From assembly GCF_000239375.1 (NCBI RefSeq), contig NW_005187603.1, forward strand, positions 597,779 to 626,331: DNA of 28,553 nucleotides, read 5' to 3'. How positions within the stretch are numbered: position 1 is the stretch's first letter; every line of letters starts with the position of its first letter. The notes under the pieces were generated by a model that saw only the letters and a program-made list of their open reading frames with translations, made no database searches and was not told where the DNA came from. Positions 9,029 to 18,950 of this stretch are shown here, piece by piece. The DNA is from Pundamilia nyererei. Lineage: Eukaryota. Position numbers and translations under genes: made by a program.

Positions 9029-11579
9029 TCAAACACAGCACGGAGCGAAAGAGCGAAAGAGATGTGAAATATGTCATCTCATGTGTGCCTTTTCTAGCGG
9101 TTTTGCAGCTACTGTAGTGAATCGTGTCCATGTTCAGTTTGGTGGTAAACTATTATTTTCGTTCTCAACTTGTAAAAGTTTGACTTGAGCGGGCAGGATG
9201 TTTGTTTGAGGGGGCAACTTGGCCCAGTGTAGCCCGGCACAGAATGAACAGGTGAGATTGGGATCACTGGGACCATCTTCATCGTTTATTTCACGTCATT
9301 TTGAGTTTTGCATCTGGGTTGGGTTTGGGATCACCAGCTTCACGTCACAGTGACGTTTAAACGTTGAGAGTGATCAGAGAGGAAACCGATGTTTCAGGCG
9401 CCATCAGCAGACGCTCCAGCTCCAGCTCTGGGCAGCGTACTGAACACTGGGGCTTGTGCTCCCGTGTGTCCACTAGAGGGAGCTCACAGAGTTCTCTGTT
9501 GGTGATCATGCTGTGGCGTGTCCCAGGTGAGGTTGTAGATTTTAAAGCTGCACATAGGCTGAAGCTATCACACTTAAGGAGCAATGAAACAATTACAGCT
9601 TTACTCCGAATATTACAACGTGTCTTTGTACTCCCCACAGATCCACTGGATCTAAATGAAAATGATCGATCCTGTGCAGAGCCACCATGGTTTTCTGCAT
9701 GTTTGAAATTTCGGACATGTGAACACAGGACCCCCCGCTGGAGCCCCCAGTGGACAATAGAGGAACTGCAGGTTTCAGTCCCGGTGTTTGCAAACGCTCA
9801 TGCTTTCTCTGCACAGCGACCCCGATCACACCGATCAGCCTGAGCGACAGAGAGGCACGCGTGTGAAAGAGCATGTTTTTAGTCTGTTATTAGGACGGAC
9901 TCGATCGCAGGCACGTCAGGGCGAGCAGCTCTGCAGAGACGAGGTGGCTCCTCTTTAACTCAATTCATCGACCCTGTAATTGAATCAGGAGAGGATAATG
10001 AAATCCCTCAAGGTTGACTCTAACTCTCTCCAACTGTCTCCTCTCCTTCAGGTTCCTCTTCATCTTCTGTTATCGACCCATCGCCCTCTGCTGGCTCCGC
10101 GTTTGCGTGGATATCCAGGATTCATCGATAAATCAGCTGATCGATGCCACAGAAACCCTGAGTAGTAAACGGCGAGCGTCACAGTCAGACTGAGAACAGA
10201 GACGTGTGTTTGTGCAGCGACTTTTCAGTAGAAATGAATCTTGATTCATTAAGAAACTGACAGAAAATTAACTGGTGACTCACTCAGTCCTGCACTAATC
10301 TAATCTTTCCTCCACGTAGGACTTTGTGTCAGATTTGCTCTTTTTCACATTTTTAATAGACTCGTGAAATGTTTATGTTCTGACTCTTCTTTTTTCTCTT
10401 ACTTGAAAAAACAATAAGATCCAGAAACACAATGGTTCATGACATCCAACAATCGCGTTATATTTTCAGAATGATGCCAGAAACACTCAGCGTTCACCTC
10501 AGCGTCTCTCTGCAGAGAGGTCGGCATCTTCCAGGCGACCAGTCGGGACCTGTGTGTTCTTCACATCTACCAGATCCAAGCTGAAGCGAACACAGCAACA
10601 TTCACTGCAGGTTCGACTTCAGCCTGTAACCAGCATCACGCAGAGAAACACATCTGAGAGCATCTTCCTGCATATATTATGCACTTTGTGCTCATTTAAT
10701 TCCTTGTTTGTTCTGTATCTGCTGCTTTCCTGTGTATCAGTGACAGCTGTCTGCTTGCATACGTAGTACTTGCTTTGGTCCTATTTCTATTATCTTCCTT
10801 TTATTCTCTATGTTACTTGTTAAGCATACCCTTGGTTTTAAGTGTGCTTTATAAATAAAGTTTATTATTATTATTATTATTCCTGATAACCAATCGGGAG
10901 GCCACATCGAGGACAATCCAAAGACCTGAATCTCCTGAGTGCATTTTAAAATCACCACCCTGTGAGCCAGCGAGCGCCACGCGGGCACAGATTCACCCTC
11001 CTCAGATCCTCAGCAGGGAGCCAGACGGCAGCGGCGTCACGCTAAGCTCCAGAATGCTCGCCAAGGTGACATGAAGGCAGGCGAACGCAGAGAAACCAAA
11101 TGCACCTCATAAGCACCCAAAGCACAGATTTACTGCACAGCTGCACAGAAAACGCTCCGCGGCAATAACAGCCCAAGAAGAAGAAGATCAGAAGCACCCA
11201 GCGCTGCCGACTGAAGCCTCCGTCACACCATGAACTCCACAAGTATATACACAGTACACAACTGCACACATCCAACCACAAACAAAGAAATAACAACAAT
11301 AACAATGAAGGCGAACCTTCAGGGTCACGATCTGCACAACAGCAACTAGACTTGTTTTCCATTGTGTCCTGGTACTGTAGGAACGCGACACTCAGAAGCA
11401 GCTTTTGGTCACAGCTGTCCTCTCGTGAGTTTCACCGTTGGTTCTGAAAAACGGACTGAAAGGAAAAAGGCAGCAGGGTGGAGACAAAGGCTGAAGCAGC
11501 TCCGACTTCGATTCGTCACCACGTCACATGATCAACAAGGAACGACCTCACGAGTTTAACCAAACTGCAACTTCTGCCT

Positions 11580-11900
11580 GAAATCACCTAGAAAGCCATT
11601 TAATGTGAAGGTGGCATCGCCCGACCACTGCAACGACACCAACCAATGAAATTAAAGCAGCATCTGCACATAAAGTCGTACTGCAACAGGCTGTCACTAC
11701 AGCGATGTGGCCGATCCTGCAACCACTGAGAGACCATACAGCAAAACACCTGCAGCTAAACCAACCAATGACAACAATTTCTGCAGCCAATCACTGCAAA
11801 CACTCAGAGCAACTAATCACCGACACTACGGCAACGCCAGCAATCTCTGCATCTACAGCAATCATTTCATTGACAACCTGCAACTAAACTGTTGCGGTGG
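11580..11900. repeat. Degenerate low-complexity tandem array built on the words CTGCAAC / CTGCAGC / CCAACCAATGA, with a period of roughly 20-40 bp
   Basis: Motif-bearing units recur: actgcaacgacaccaaccaatga, actgcaacaggctgtcac, cctgcaaccactgag, cctgcagctaaaccaaccaatgacaac, ctgcagccaatcactgcaaacac, cctgcaactaaac. The overlapping ORFs on both strands (11584..11790-, 11705..11887+, 11707..12006+) are composition artefacts. Confidence 0.6.
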
Positions 11901-12389
11901 ATTGGTTCTCCACCCACCTGCTGTTCAAACCTTGCCTTTGGAAGGGGCAGTCAATCATAAACAAGCGTGTCTTAAAGGGGGAGGGACTAAAACAGACACA
12001 GGTTGACCCTGGGGGCCGCAGTAAGGCCCAGTATCAGATAAAGGATTATTGTCAGTCATGCAAAGCTGGGAGTGAGCAGAACAGGAGTTTGCTGTCGCTC
12101 CGGCCTCACTGATACATCGCTCTGACCGAGGGAGTCTTCACACTCATTGCTGTGACAGCAGGCAGCACACACACTGAAACACAAATACACTTCTCTTTGT
12201 GTTTTCCTTTAACAACCATCTGTTTGTGTAGCTGTGGCACTCTGTGACCTTTATTTTGAAAGGTGCTCGTACAGCCTCAGACTGGGTGGATGAGAAACGG
12301 TTCACTTTAATGCTTCTGTGCTGCTTCTGTTTACGTCTCCATCGAAGATGAGTTATAGGAGCATATCTCCTTAAACATTTTGCTTCACC

Positions 12390-12780
12390 GTCTCCTCTGT
12401 GAGCGCCTCCTCCTGCCAGTGTTTGGGGTCATTTAGCTTCTCGCTTTCTCCTCATTTGTTATTGTTTTCACCTCAAATCCCCTTCCTCTCCCTCCCCTGC
12501 TGCATTATGACAGCTCCCCTCCCCCTCCCTCGCACCTCCTCCTTTGCTCATCTGTTGTTTCTCCTCCTGTCTTGTTACTTTTCCATCTCTTGTTCCTTCT
12601 GCAGACACCTGGAGATGCCTCTATCTCAGCCCCCACACATGTAACACGAACGCTCTTTAAAATTTTATTTCCCCTGCTTTTCTTCTCTGTTTCCCATCCT
12701 TCCCGCACCTCCCCACCTTCCTCCTCCTCCTGCTGTCCATGTCCTCATCTCTCCTCTCGCAGCCCCAGCAGAGTCCTTTA
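12390..12780. repeat. Polypyrimidine (CT-rich) low-complexity tract, ending in a (GA)8 run at ~12821-12838
   Basis: Direct reading: cctcctcctgcc…ccttcctctccctcccctgctgc…ccctccccctccctcgcacctcctcc…ccttcccgcacctccccaccttcctcctcctcctgctg. Confidence 0.7.
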
Positions 12781-14405
12781 ATAATTTATAAGAATCTAAA
12801 ATTCAAATGCAGCTCGCTGGGATAGAGAGAGAGAGAGCTTTTATTAACAGTGAAGAACCAGACCTCTCTCTCCTCTCCCACCACATCCCAACATCTCACT
12901 CCCTTGCTGACGGTTACCATGACAACCCTCTCGTCCTAGAAACAAGTTGCAAGAAAATGAAGTCTGCCACCTCATTATGTCTCCGTCCTTCCTCCCTCGC
13001 CACCTTAACGTCAAATAAAAAGACACGAAAACATAAAAGCATCTGTATGAACATGCAACACGCCGACTTTTTAAGATGACGTTGAACACAAACGACTGTT
13101 TTGCTTTTGCAAACTGAGCCTCTGTGTTTCCACTATCGATTACTGTGAACTTAAACACCCACACACCTTCTCCTGATTTATGGCCTTCTATTAAGCTGCT
13201 GATGGGCTGTGAATAACACACAAGTGACTCACGCAGTTCAACAGCCCGACCGCATTCAAAAAGGGAACTTTTTTTTGCCTTTGCCATCAGAACATCATGA
13301 CGGAAAATGACAACGAATCCACATTTTTGCACAGATTTGGCCTTTAAAGGCACGTGGTCCCAAACTTTTATCAGCTGTAAAACAGCCTGTTTCAGTTTAA
13401 GCGATGCTTTCAATAAACTGCATGCTCAGAAAACTGTTTTGTCTCACTCCCATTTCTTCTTGTTGCATATTTAAGATTGACTTGGAACCTTGTTACAATC
13501 CAACTGTGCAAAATGTGAATTTTTTGACAGTTTTTTTTTGATTGGGACTGTATGTGCACCTGTGGGATTTGCATAAAATATTTGCATACATCATATAGAT
13601 GTTGGTACTCACAGACAATGTTTATGCAAAGTCTCATCTAGACTGGTCCACCAGTCTAGAAGGAAACAGGGAACATGCAAGCATACACGGATAAGCTGCG
13701 ATATAAAATACTTGGACCAAGCTCATGCTTAAACATCAGCAGCAGTCATATTGATTCATTTCATTTCCTTTCACTTATTTATTTATAAAGCACATTTAAT
13801 AACAACAGGGAGCTGACCAAAGTGCTGTACAAAATAACAGTTAAACAATGACATTGACAACAACATGAGGTAAGAAAATTAAAAGAAAATTAGGATAAAA
13901 TAATTGGTAACTCTCACACAGTTCCGAAAGCCAGAGTAAAAAAATATGTTTTAAGATGTGATTTAAAAAGAGTGACAGTCGGGGCCTTTCTAATGTGGAG
14001 AGGTAGATCGTTCCACATTTTCGGTGCCACAACCGCAAATGCCCGATCTCCTCTATGAACCATCCTAGACTTATGTGAGGTAAGGAGCAGGTGATCGCTT
14101 GATCGAAGGGCTCTAGAGGGCGTATAAAGCTGCAATGGGTCAGACAAATAGTCCGGTGCCCGGCCAATTAGCACTTTATGAGTCAAAAGTAAGATTTTGA
14201 ATTTAATTCTAAAACGCACTGGAAGCCAATGAAGGGAAGCAAGCACCGGAGTAATATGTTGGTGTTTCTTCACACGAGTCAAAAGGCGAGCTGCAGCATT
14301 CTGTACCAGTTGGAGCCGGGCTGAGCTGGACTGACTGACACCCACATATAGTGAACTGCAGTGATCCAGTTGAGATAAAACGAACGCATGAATGGCTCGT
14401 TCCAA

Positions 14406-14530
14406 GTTTCTAAATGGTAAATGGCCTGTATTTATATAGCGCTTTTACTAGTCCCTAAGGACCCCAAAGCGCTTTACATATCCAGTCATCCACCCATTCA
14501 CACACTGGTGATGGCAGCTACATTGTTGTT
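14406..14530 (-). mobile_element. Short nested insertion of a LINE 3'-tail-like segment (tatttatatagcgctttt…caaagcgctttacata family) interrupting the ORF2 between the RT and the C-terminal domain
   Basis: The same motif family recurs at 13745-13860, 15905-16030 and 18163-18250. Here it sits between EKQQ… and …ERAIHAF of ORF2 and introduces two in-frame stops. It may alternatively be a divergent part of the ORF itself. Confidence 0.4.
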
Positions 14531-15904
14531 TCTCGAATGTAAGTTTGCTATCCAAGAAAACCCCACGTTTTTTACAAGTGTTTTAACAGCACGTTAGGTT
14601 GCATAAGTCCAAATCTGGGGCATTGAAATTACAGCTCGGTCCAAAAATAATTACCTCAGTTTTATCCTCGTTGAAGGTAAGAAAATTTGAGGCCATCCAG
14701 GTTTTAACTTCGTCAAGACATTTGACTAGCGATTCCATGGGTGTGGAGGTGTTTCTATTAAACCGAAGATAAGTCTGGTGTCATCGGCATATGAGTGAAA
14801 GCAGATGTTATGTTTCCTAAAGATTAGGCCTAGGGGCAACATATAGATTGAAAAAAGAATTGGGCCTAATACGGATCCCTGCGGGACACCACAAGTAAAA
14901 GGAGCTGGGGAAGAAATAAAATCATCAAGGCTCACGGAAAAAGTCCTCTCGGAGAGGTACGACCTAAACCGTTCCAAGAGGATACCTTTGATACCACATT
15001 GCTCCAAACGGGAGATCAGAATGCTGCGGTCAACAGGATCAAAGGCTGCAGTTAAGTCTAGGAGCAGGAGCACAGCTGGGTCATACCGGATTAAGTATTT
15101 TTAGGAGGGCATTTTCTGTGCTGTGGTGGGTTTTGAAGCCCAACTGGAACTTCTCGAAGGTATTATGACTATTTAGAAAGGTTTGTAGCTGCTCAAATAC
15201 AATCCTTTCTAAAATTTTTGACAGAAACAGTAGCTTGGAGACAGGTCTAAAATTAGCAAGAACAGAAGAATCAAGGTTCGGCTTTTTAAGCACTGGCTGC
15301 ACTACAGCGTGCTTGTATCCAGTTGGTACCACTCCAGAGCTGAGACTACTATTAAAAATAGTTAAAATGTCAGGACCGACTACCTTAATAATCTTTTTTA
15401 GAAAATGGTTGGGACTCCATCGGAAGGGCAGGATGCTATTGCAAAGATCTTCCACCTGGTTAAGACATACAGCCTCAATCTGGTCAAAAGCAGTTGAGGA
15501 GGTATATGTTAATGAGACATTATACAGAGATGGGGTAGATGTAGATGTAAATGGGGCGATCACATCAAGAGTAGTCTTGCATTTATTATTAAAATTCGAA
15601 TCCATCTGCTCAATACCATCACCAAGGGAAGAATTCGACAGTCTTTCAAAGGCAGTGGAAAACTGTTCTGTGGCCGTTGGTTTAAAAACACGATAACGTC
15701 GTGTTGAGGATGTAGGTTTAAGATGGCAATGAGATAAAAGTATATTAAACACTAATGGACAGTGGTCAGAAAAGATTGCATCACTTATTTCCAAATTAAC
15801 AACTGGTAATCCAAAAGACAACACGAGGTCCAACGTGTGGCCCTGTACATGTGTTGGATCCAATACATGCTGGATGAGGCTAAAAGACTCAATCAAATTT
15901 CTTT

Positions 15905-16030
15905 AGCCAGCTGGTTGTGGGGGCAGCATACATAGTTTAATAGTTTAATAGTTTAATTATTTATATAGCACATTTAATTACAACAGGAGCGTTGACCAAA
16001 GTGCTGTACAAGAATACAACATACATAATA
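15905..16030 (-). mobile_element. Second nested copy of the LINE 3'-tail motif (ttatttatatagcacatttaattacaacaggagcgttgaccaaagtgctgtacaag), inserted inside the endonuclease domain between GDFNIHV and IESFSLIQHVLDPTH
   Basis: Near-identical in sequence and orientation to the tail at 13745-13860. The ORF2 frame is closed on both sides of it. Confidence 0.5.
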
Positions 16031-18162
16031 AAACAACTTAGAGTATTAAACATGGATATTAAAATCACCTACTAGTAAAATTTGATCATAACTCGGGATG
16101 ATTCCTGCTAAAAAAGTTGAAAAATCTCGAATAAAATCTTTGTTATATTTTGGAGGTCTGTATATTACTCCAATTCAAAAAGTAGGATTTCGAAGCTTGA
16201 GTAGAAGTCTGTTGAAAGTTGTTTATATGTTAGTCTCTTCCTGAGGACAGCCGGAACTCCGCCCCCGCGTTTGCCCATACTCGGCAGATTTAAATAACAG
16301 TCAGAAGGTAGAAGTTCAGTAAAACAACTGAGCTCACCTCAGCCAAGTTTCCGTTAGGAGCATGAGATCCAAATCGCGGTAAGTAAAAAAGTCCTTTAAA
16401 ATAAAGGTTTTATTAGCTAACGAGCGGACATTAGCAAGGCTGATCCGTAGTGAAGTCGAAGGCTTAGTAGTGGAAATAGGAGCCCGTTGAAGCGTCCGCA
16501 GGTTCTGGAAGCTTACTCCTCTCCGACAATGTCGCGGCGGTCGCAGGCATTCATGTACAGTAAAACACCAATGTGGAGTGTTTCTGTGCCAAAGAAGTAC
16601 TTTAACTTTTTTCAGAGTTTCCAAAAATACATTCATGTTTGTATTAAGATGCTGTAACAGTGTGGCTGCTTACACTGAATAGTGATGGGATTTCCAGCTC
16701 TTTTTAGAGAACCGGCTCTTTCGGTTCGGCTCACTAAAAAAAGCCGAGTCTTTTCGTTCGCGACCGACACATCACTAACACTGAAGAAAAAGGTCTAAAA
16801 CAAGCAGAAGAATAAACACGTGGAACTCCCGACTCCCATGAAACAACCTGAAGCCCAAACTGAGCCATGCAACAGATGGAAAAACACCCCCAAACCTGAA
16901 AGAATGACCGGATAAAACATGAGATCAAGGTCCGGGAGCAACTAAAGCAAGAGAGGATAAACTATGAAAAAACTGGTGCTTTCATAACAACACGGGGCAG
17001 TGAGGATGGGAGGATCTGGAGGCTGTGTCCCACTGGAAGTCTTCCATTTGTTTTATTTAGTCCAAAAAAGAAAAGCCTAAGTTATACTTACAAACTCTCC
17101 CCTCGGGGTGAGACCATCTTATCGGAGCGAGGCTCCCCGAGAGAGTCAAGTGAGTCTTCGCACATCCGCCGGTGTGGGCAAAACGACAATCTGACTCCAG
17201 AGATTTAGCACATCTTTATTGTTATTGTTTTTCATGTGCTCGTGGGATTTGCTCATTAATAGAAAACAACTAAATTCCTAGGTCATTTTCTTAGCATCAG
17301 GTGACACCGGTGTTTCTAACAGTTCTTCCTCCTGATTGTATCTCTACAGTTTAAACATGTAATAAGCTTTGCCCTGCACAGAGTGGATAGTGAAACAAAT
17401 GGAATCATCATAAATACATTATTTCATATTTATTACTTCCCCCTCCTCATTGCTTTATTATTGTAGCTCTAGTAATAAATAATAATGTAATGATTCTGGA
17501 TCAGCACCATGATGCCCATAGTATATACAGTATTCTGAAGAAGGTCTAAAATGTCACTGTGTGTGCGTGCATGTGTGTGTTTTATTTAGCTGGATTTTTT
17601 TTTATTATTACTCAGGATATAACATTGTCCAGACATGGCTGGTAAGGACATGAGGAGGAAACAGCAGGAGCTGTGTGAGCTACTAAAGGCAGGGCTATAA
17701 CATTTTTCTGTCATCATTTTATTATAGATTAAGTGCAAGAGTTGTTAGGTGTGGATAATTAGATTATAGTTTATTGCAATAGCAAGTTGTGCCTTGTTCT
17801 CAGATAGACAGCAAGTGGAGAGTGATATATGAAATGATGGGATGGAAGGAAGAAGAGAAGCAAAGAGTGATTCACAGGCAGAGCCTAAATTTTTTCTCAC
17901 AGTGTTTTGTGTCCTTATGGTTCCAAGCGCTGTCACCAATCTTTGCATTTTGTTATTATCTCATGACACTTGTTTAATCAGCTACCATCTCTCCTGTGGA
18001 CTTTTTAATGTCTACAGTCTCAGATCAACACAGCCCTGCCCTTCCCATATTAGATTCTTGATGAATGTGTGTTGTTGTTATTCAGCCTGGTTCAATGTGC
18101 CCCTTTTTAACTTTGAGCACCCACCCCTTTAAACCTCTCTGCACGGCCCTGCTCCATCTCAC

Positions 18163-18360
18163 AATTTCAATTCAATTCAATTCAATTTTATTTATATAGC
18201 GCCAAATCACAACATAAGTTGCCTCAAGGCGCTTCATTCACAAGAGCCTTACTTACTTCTTTGATTGTTCCCGTCTCATAGATAATGGATTCAAGGTTCT
18301 CATCGCTTGGACTAGAGGAGCTGGGTAAAGTCTCCCTCTGCTTGCACAGGCAGCTCAGCC
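18163..18360 (-). mobile_element. 5'-truncated LINE or SINE copy on the - strand ending in a (TTGAA)n simple-repeat tail. On the + strand it reads caatttcaattcaattcaattcaattttatttatatagcgccaaatcacaacataagttgcctcaaggcgcttcattcaca.
   Basis: It shares the TTTATTTATATAGCGC…CAAGGCGCTT tail motif with the LINE at 13741-16640. The pentanucleotide tail is at 18163-18187. The inner boundary of the element is uncertain. Confidence 0.5.
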
Positions 18361-18639
18361 TACCTGCATATCTCCTCAGACACAAAGCATGCGTCTCTTT
18401 TCATGTTGGTTGTTTGATTGTGATGTTAACATGGACTGCATTTTGATTTAAGACGAAATTATTATTTAAAAAACATCCTTAAATGTAAACATGGAGACAC
18501 ACAGATAATATCCGCCATCACATTATATTGGCATAAAGTTTCTGGGCACTGACTCGGGTGATTCAGGACTCAATATCATGTTGGAATCACATGAAAGTTT
18601 GTAAAGTTTGATACTTGAATTCTGCACAGACAAAAAACA

Positions 18640-18950
18640 TGTGCGGCAGATGTAAATGTGCGTGTTCCTCCAGCCTACGAAGGTCTCGCAATGACGTCAA
18701 CAGAAACGATGGCGTGCACTGGCAAGCCGTGGTTACTCAGAGAGCGAGTCACACTTTCAATGAGCTTCCCGTATCAAACTTTACGACCCAGCGAGCGATA
18801 ACAACATTCAGTCCCCAGAGACGACCGGCGTGTAGCGAGAGAGCCAGCGAGCGGGATTTTTATTTTGGTTCAAGCCGCCAGCAAAAGCGTTTCTGTGCCG
18901 CTGCTCTCGGCAGATTCATGAGCCTGCAGACGTCAAGGAGGTCGTAATTT
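18640..18950. promoter_or_regulatory. GC/CpG-enriched islet containing a perfect palindromic CRE (TGACGTCA at 18692-18699) and a second GACGTCA at 18929-18935. Candidate regulatory element.
   Basis: Motifs were read directly. The local CpG density (cgcaatgacgtcaacagaaacgatggcgtgc…cgaccggcgtgtagcgagagagccagcgagcggg) is clearly above the AT-rich surroundings. No adjacent gene is identified. Confidence 0.25.

Larger units (their letters stand above)
13741..16640 (-). mobile_element. Degenerate non-LTR retrotransposon (CR1/L2-clade LINE) ORF2 remnant with three recognisable domains: apurinic endonuclease (16030-16450 plus 15750-15896), reverse transcriptase (14726-15750) and the conserved C-terminal domain (13914-14405), followed by a 3' tail at ~13741-13860
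   Basis: The - strand translations carry LINE hallmarks. For the endonuclease: RISLANVRSLANKTFILKDFF…LDLMLLTETWL, then RGGGVAVL…, ILLVGDFNIHV, and QHVLDPTHVQGHTLDLVLSFG…SDHCPLVF. For the RT: FQLGFKTHHSTENALLKILN, LLLLDLTAAFDPVDRSILISRLE, CGVPQGSVLGPILFSIYMLPLG, and FHSYADDT. For the C-terminal domain: ERAIHAFVLSQLDHCSSLYVGV…LQLVQNAAARLLT…HITPVLASLHWLPVRFRIKFKILLLTHKVL…APKMWNDLPLHIRKA. The reading frame is broken by stops and frameshifts and by two ~125-bp insertions. The clade was assigned from remembered motifs. Confidence 0.8.

Noticed and set aside
8123-9117. ORFs 8123..8350(-) and 8881..9117(+) encoding the shared peptide YKAKRRYRKDWCKSARKFMRRI…GSQMTAHFTAV, as candidate duplicated protein-coding genes
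   Set aside because: They are mirror images generated by the two arms of the palindrome. There are no splice signals and no recognisable domain, and the basic composition follows from GC-rich repeat sequence. I treat them as artefacts of the inverted repeat.
9364-9843. 159-codon ORF on the + strand, plus a Kozak-like gccaccATGG at 9685
   Set aside because: No domain similarity, and the Kozak ATG opens only an 11-codon frame. The region may be UTR-like or an exon of an unrecognised gene, but I cannot support a CDS call. It is kept as a weak candidate under the synteny finding.
16640-17200. Candidate LINE 5' UTR or promoter upstream of the ORF2 start, containing the small palindrome ctcccctcggggtgag…gaggctccccgagagag
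   Set aside because: It is plausible by position, but there are no diagnostic features. ORF1 is not recognisable, so the 5' extent of the element cannot be fixed from sequence alone.
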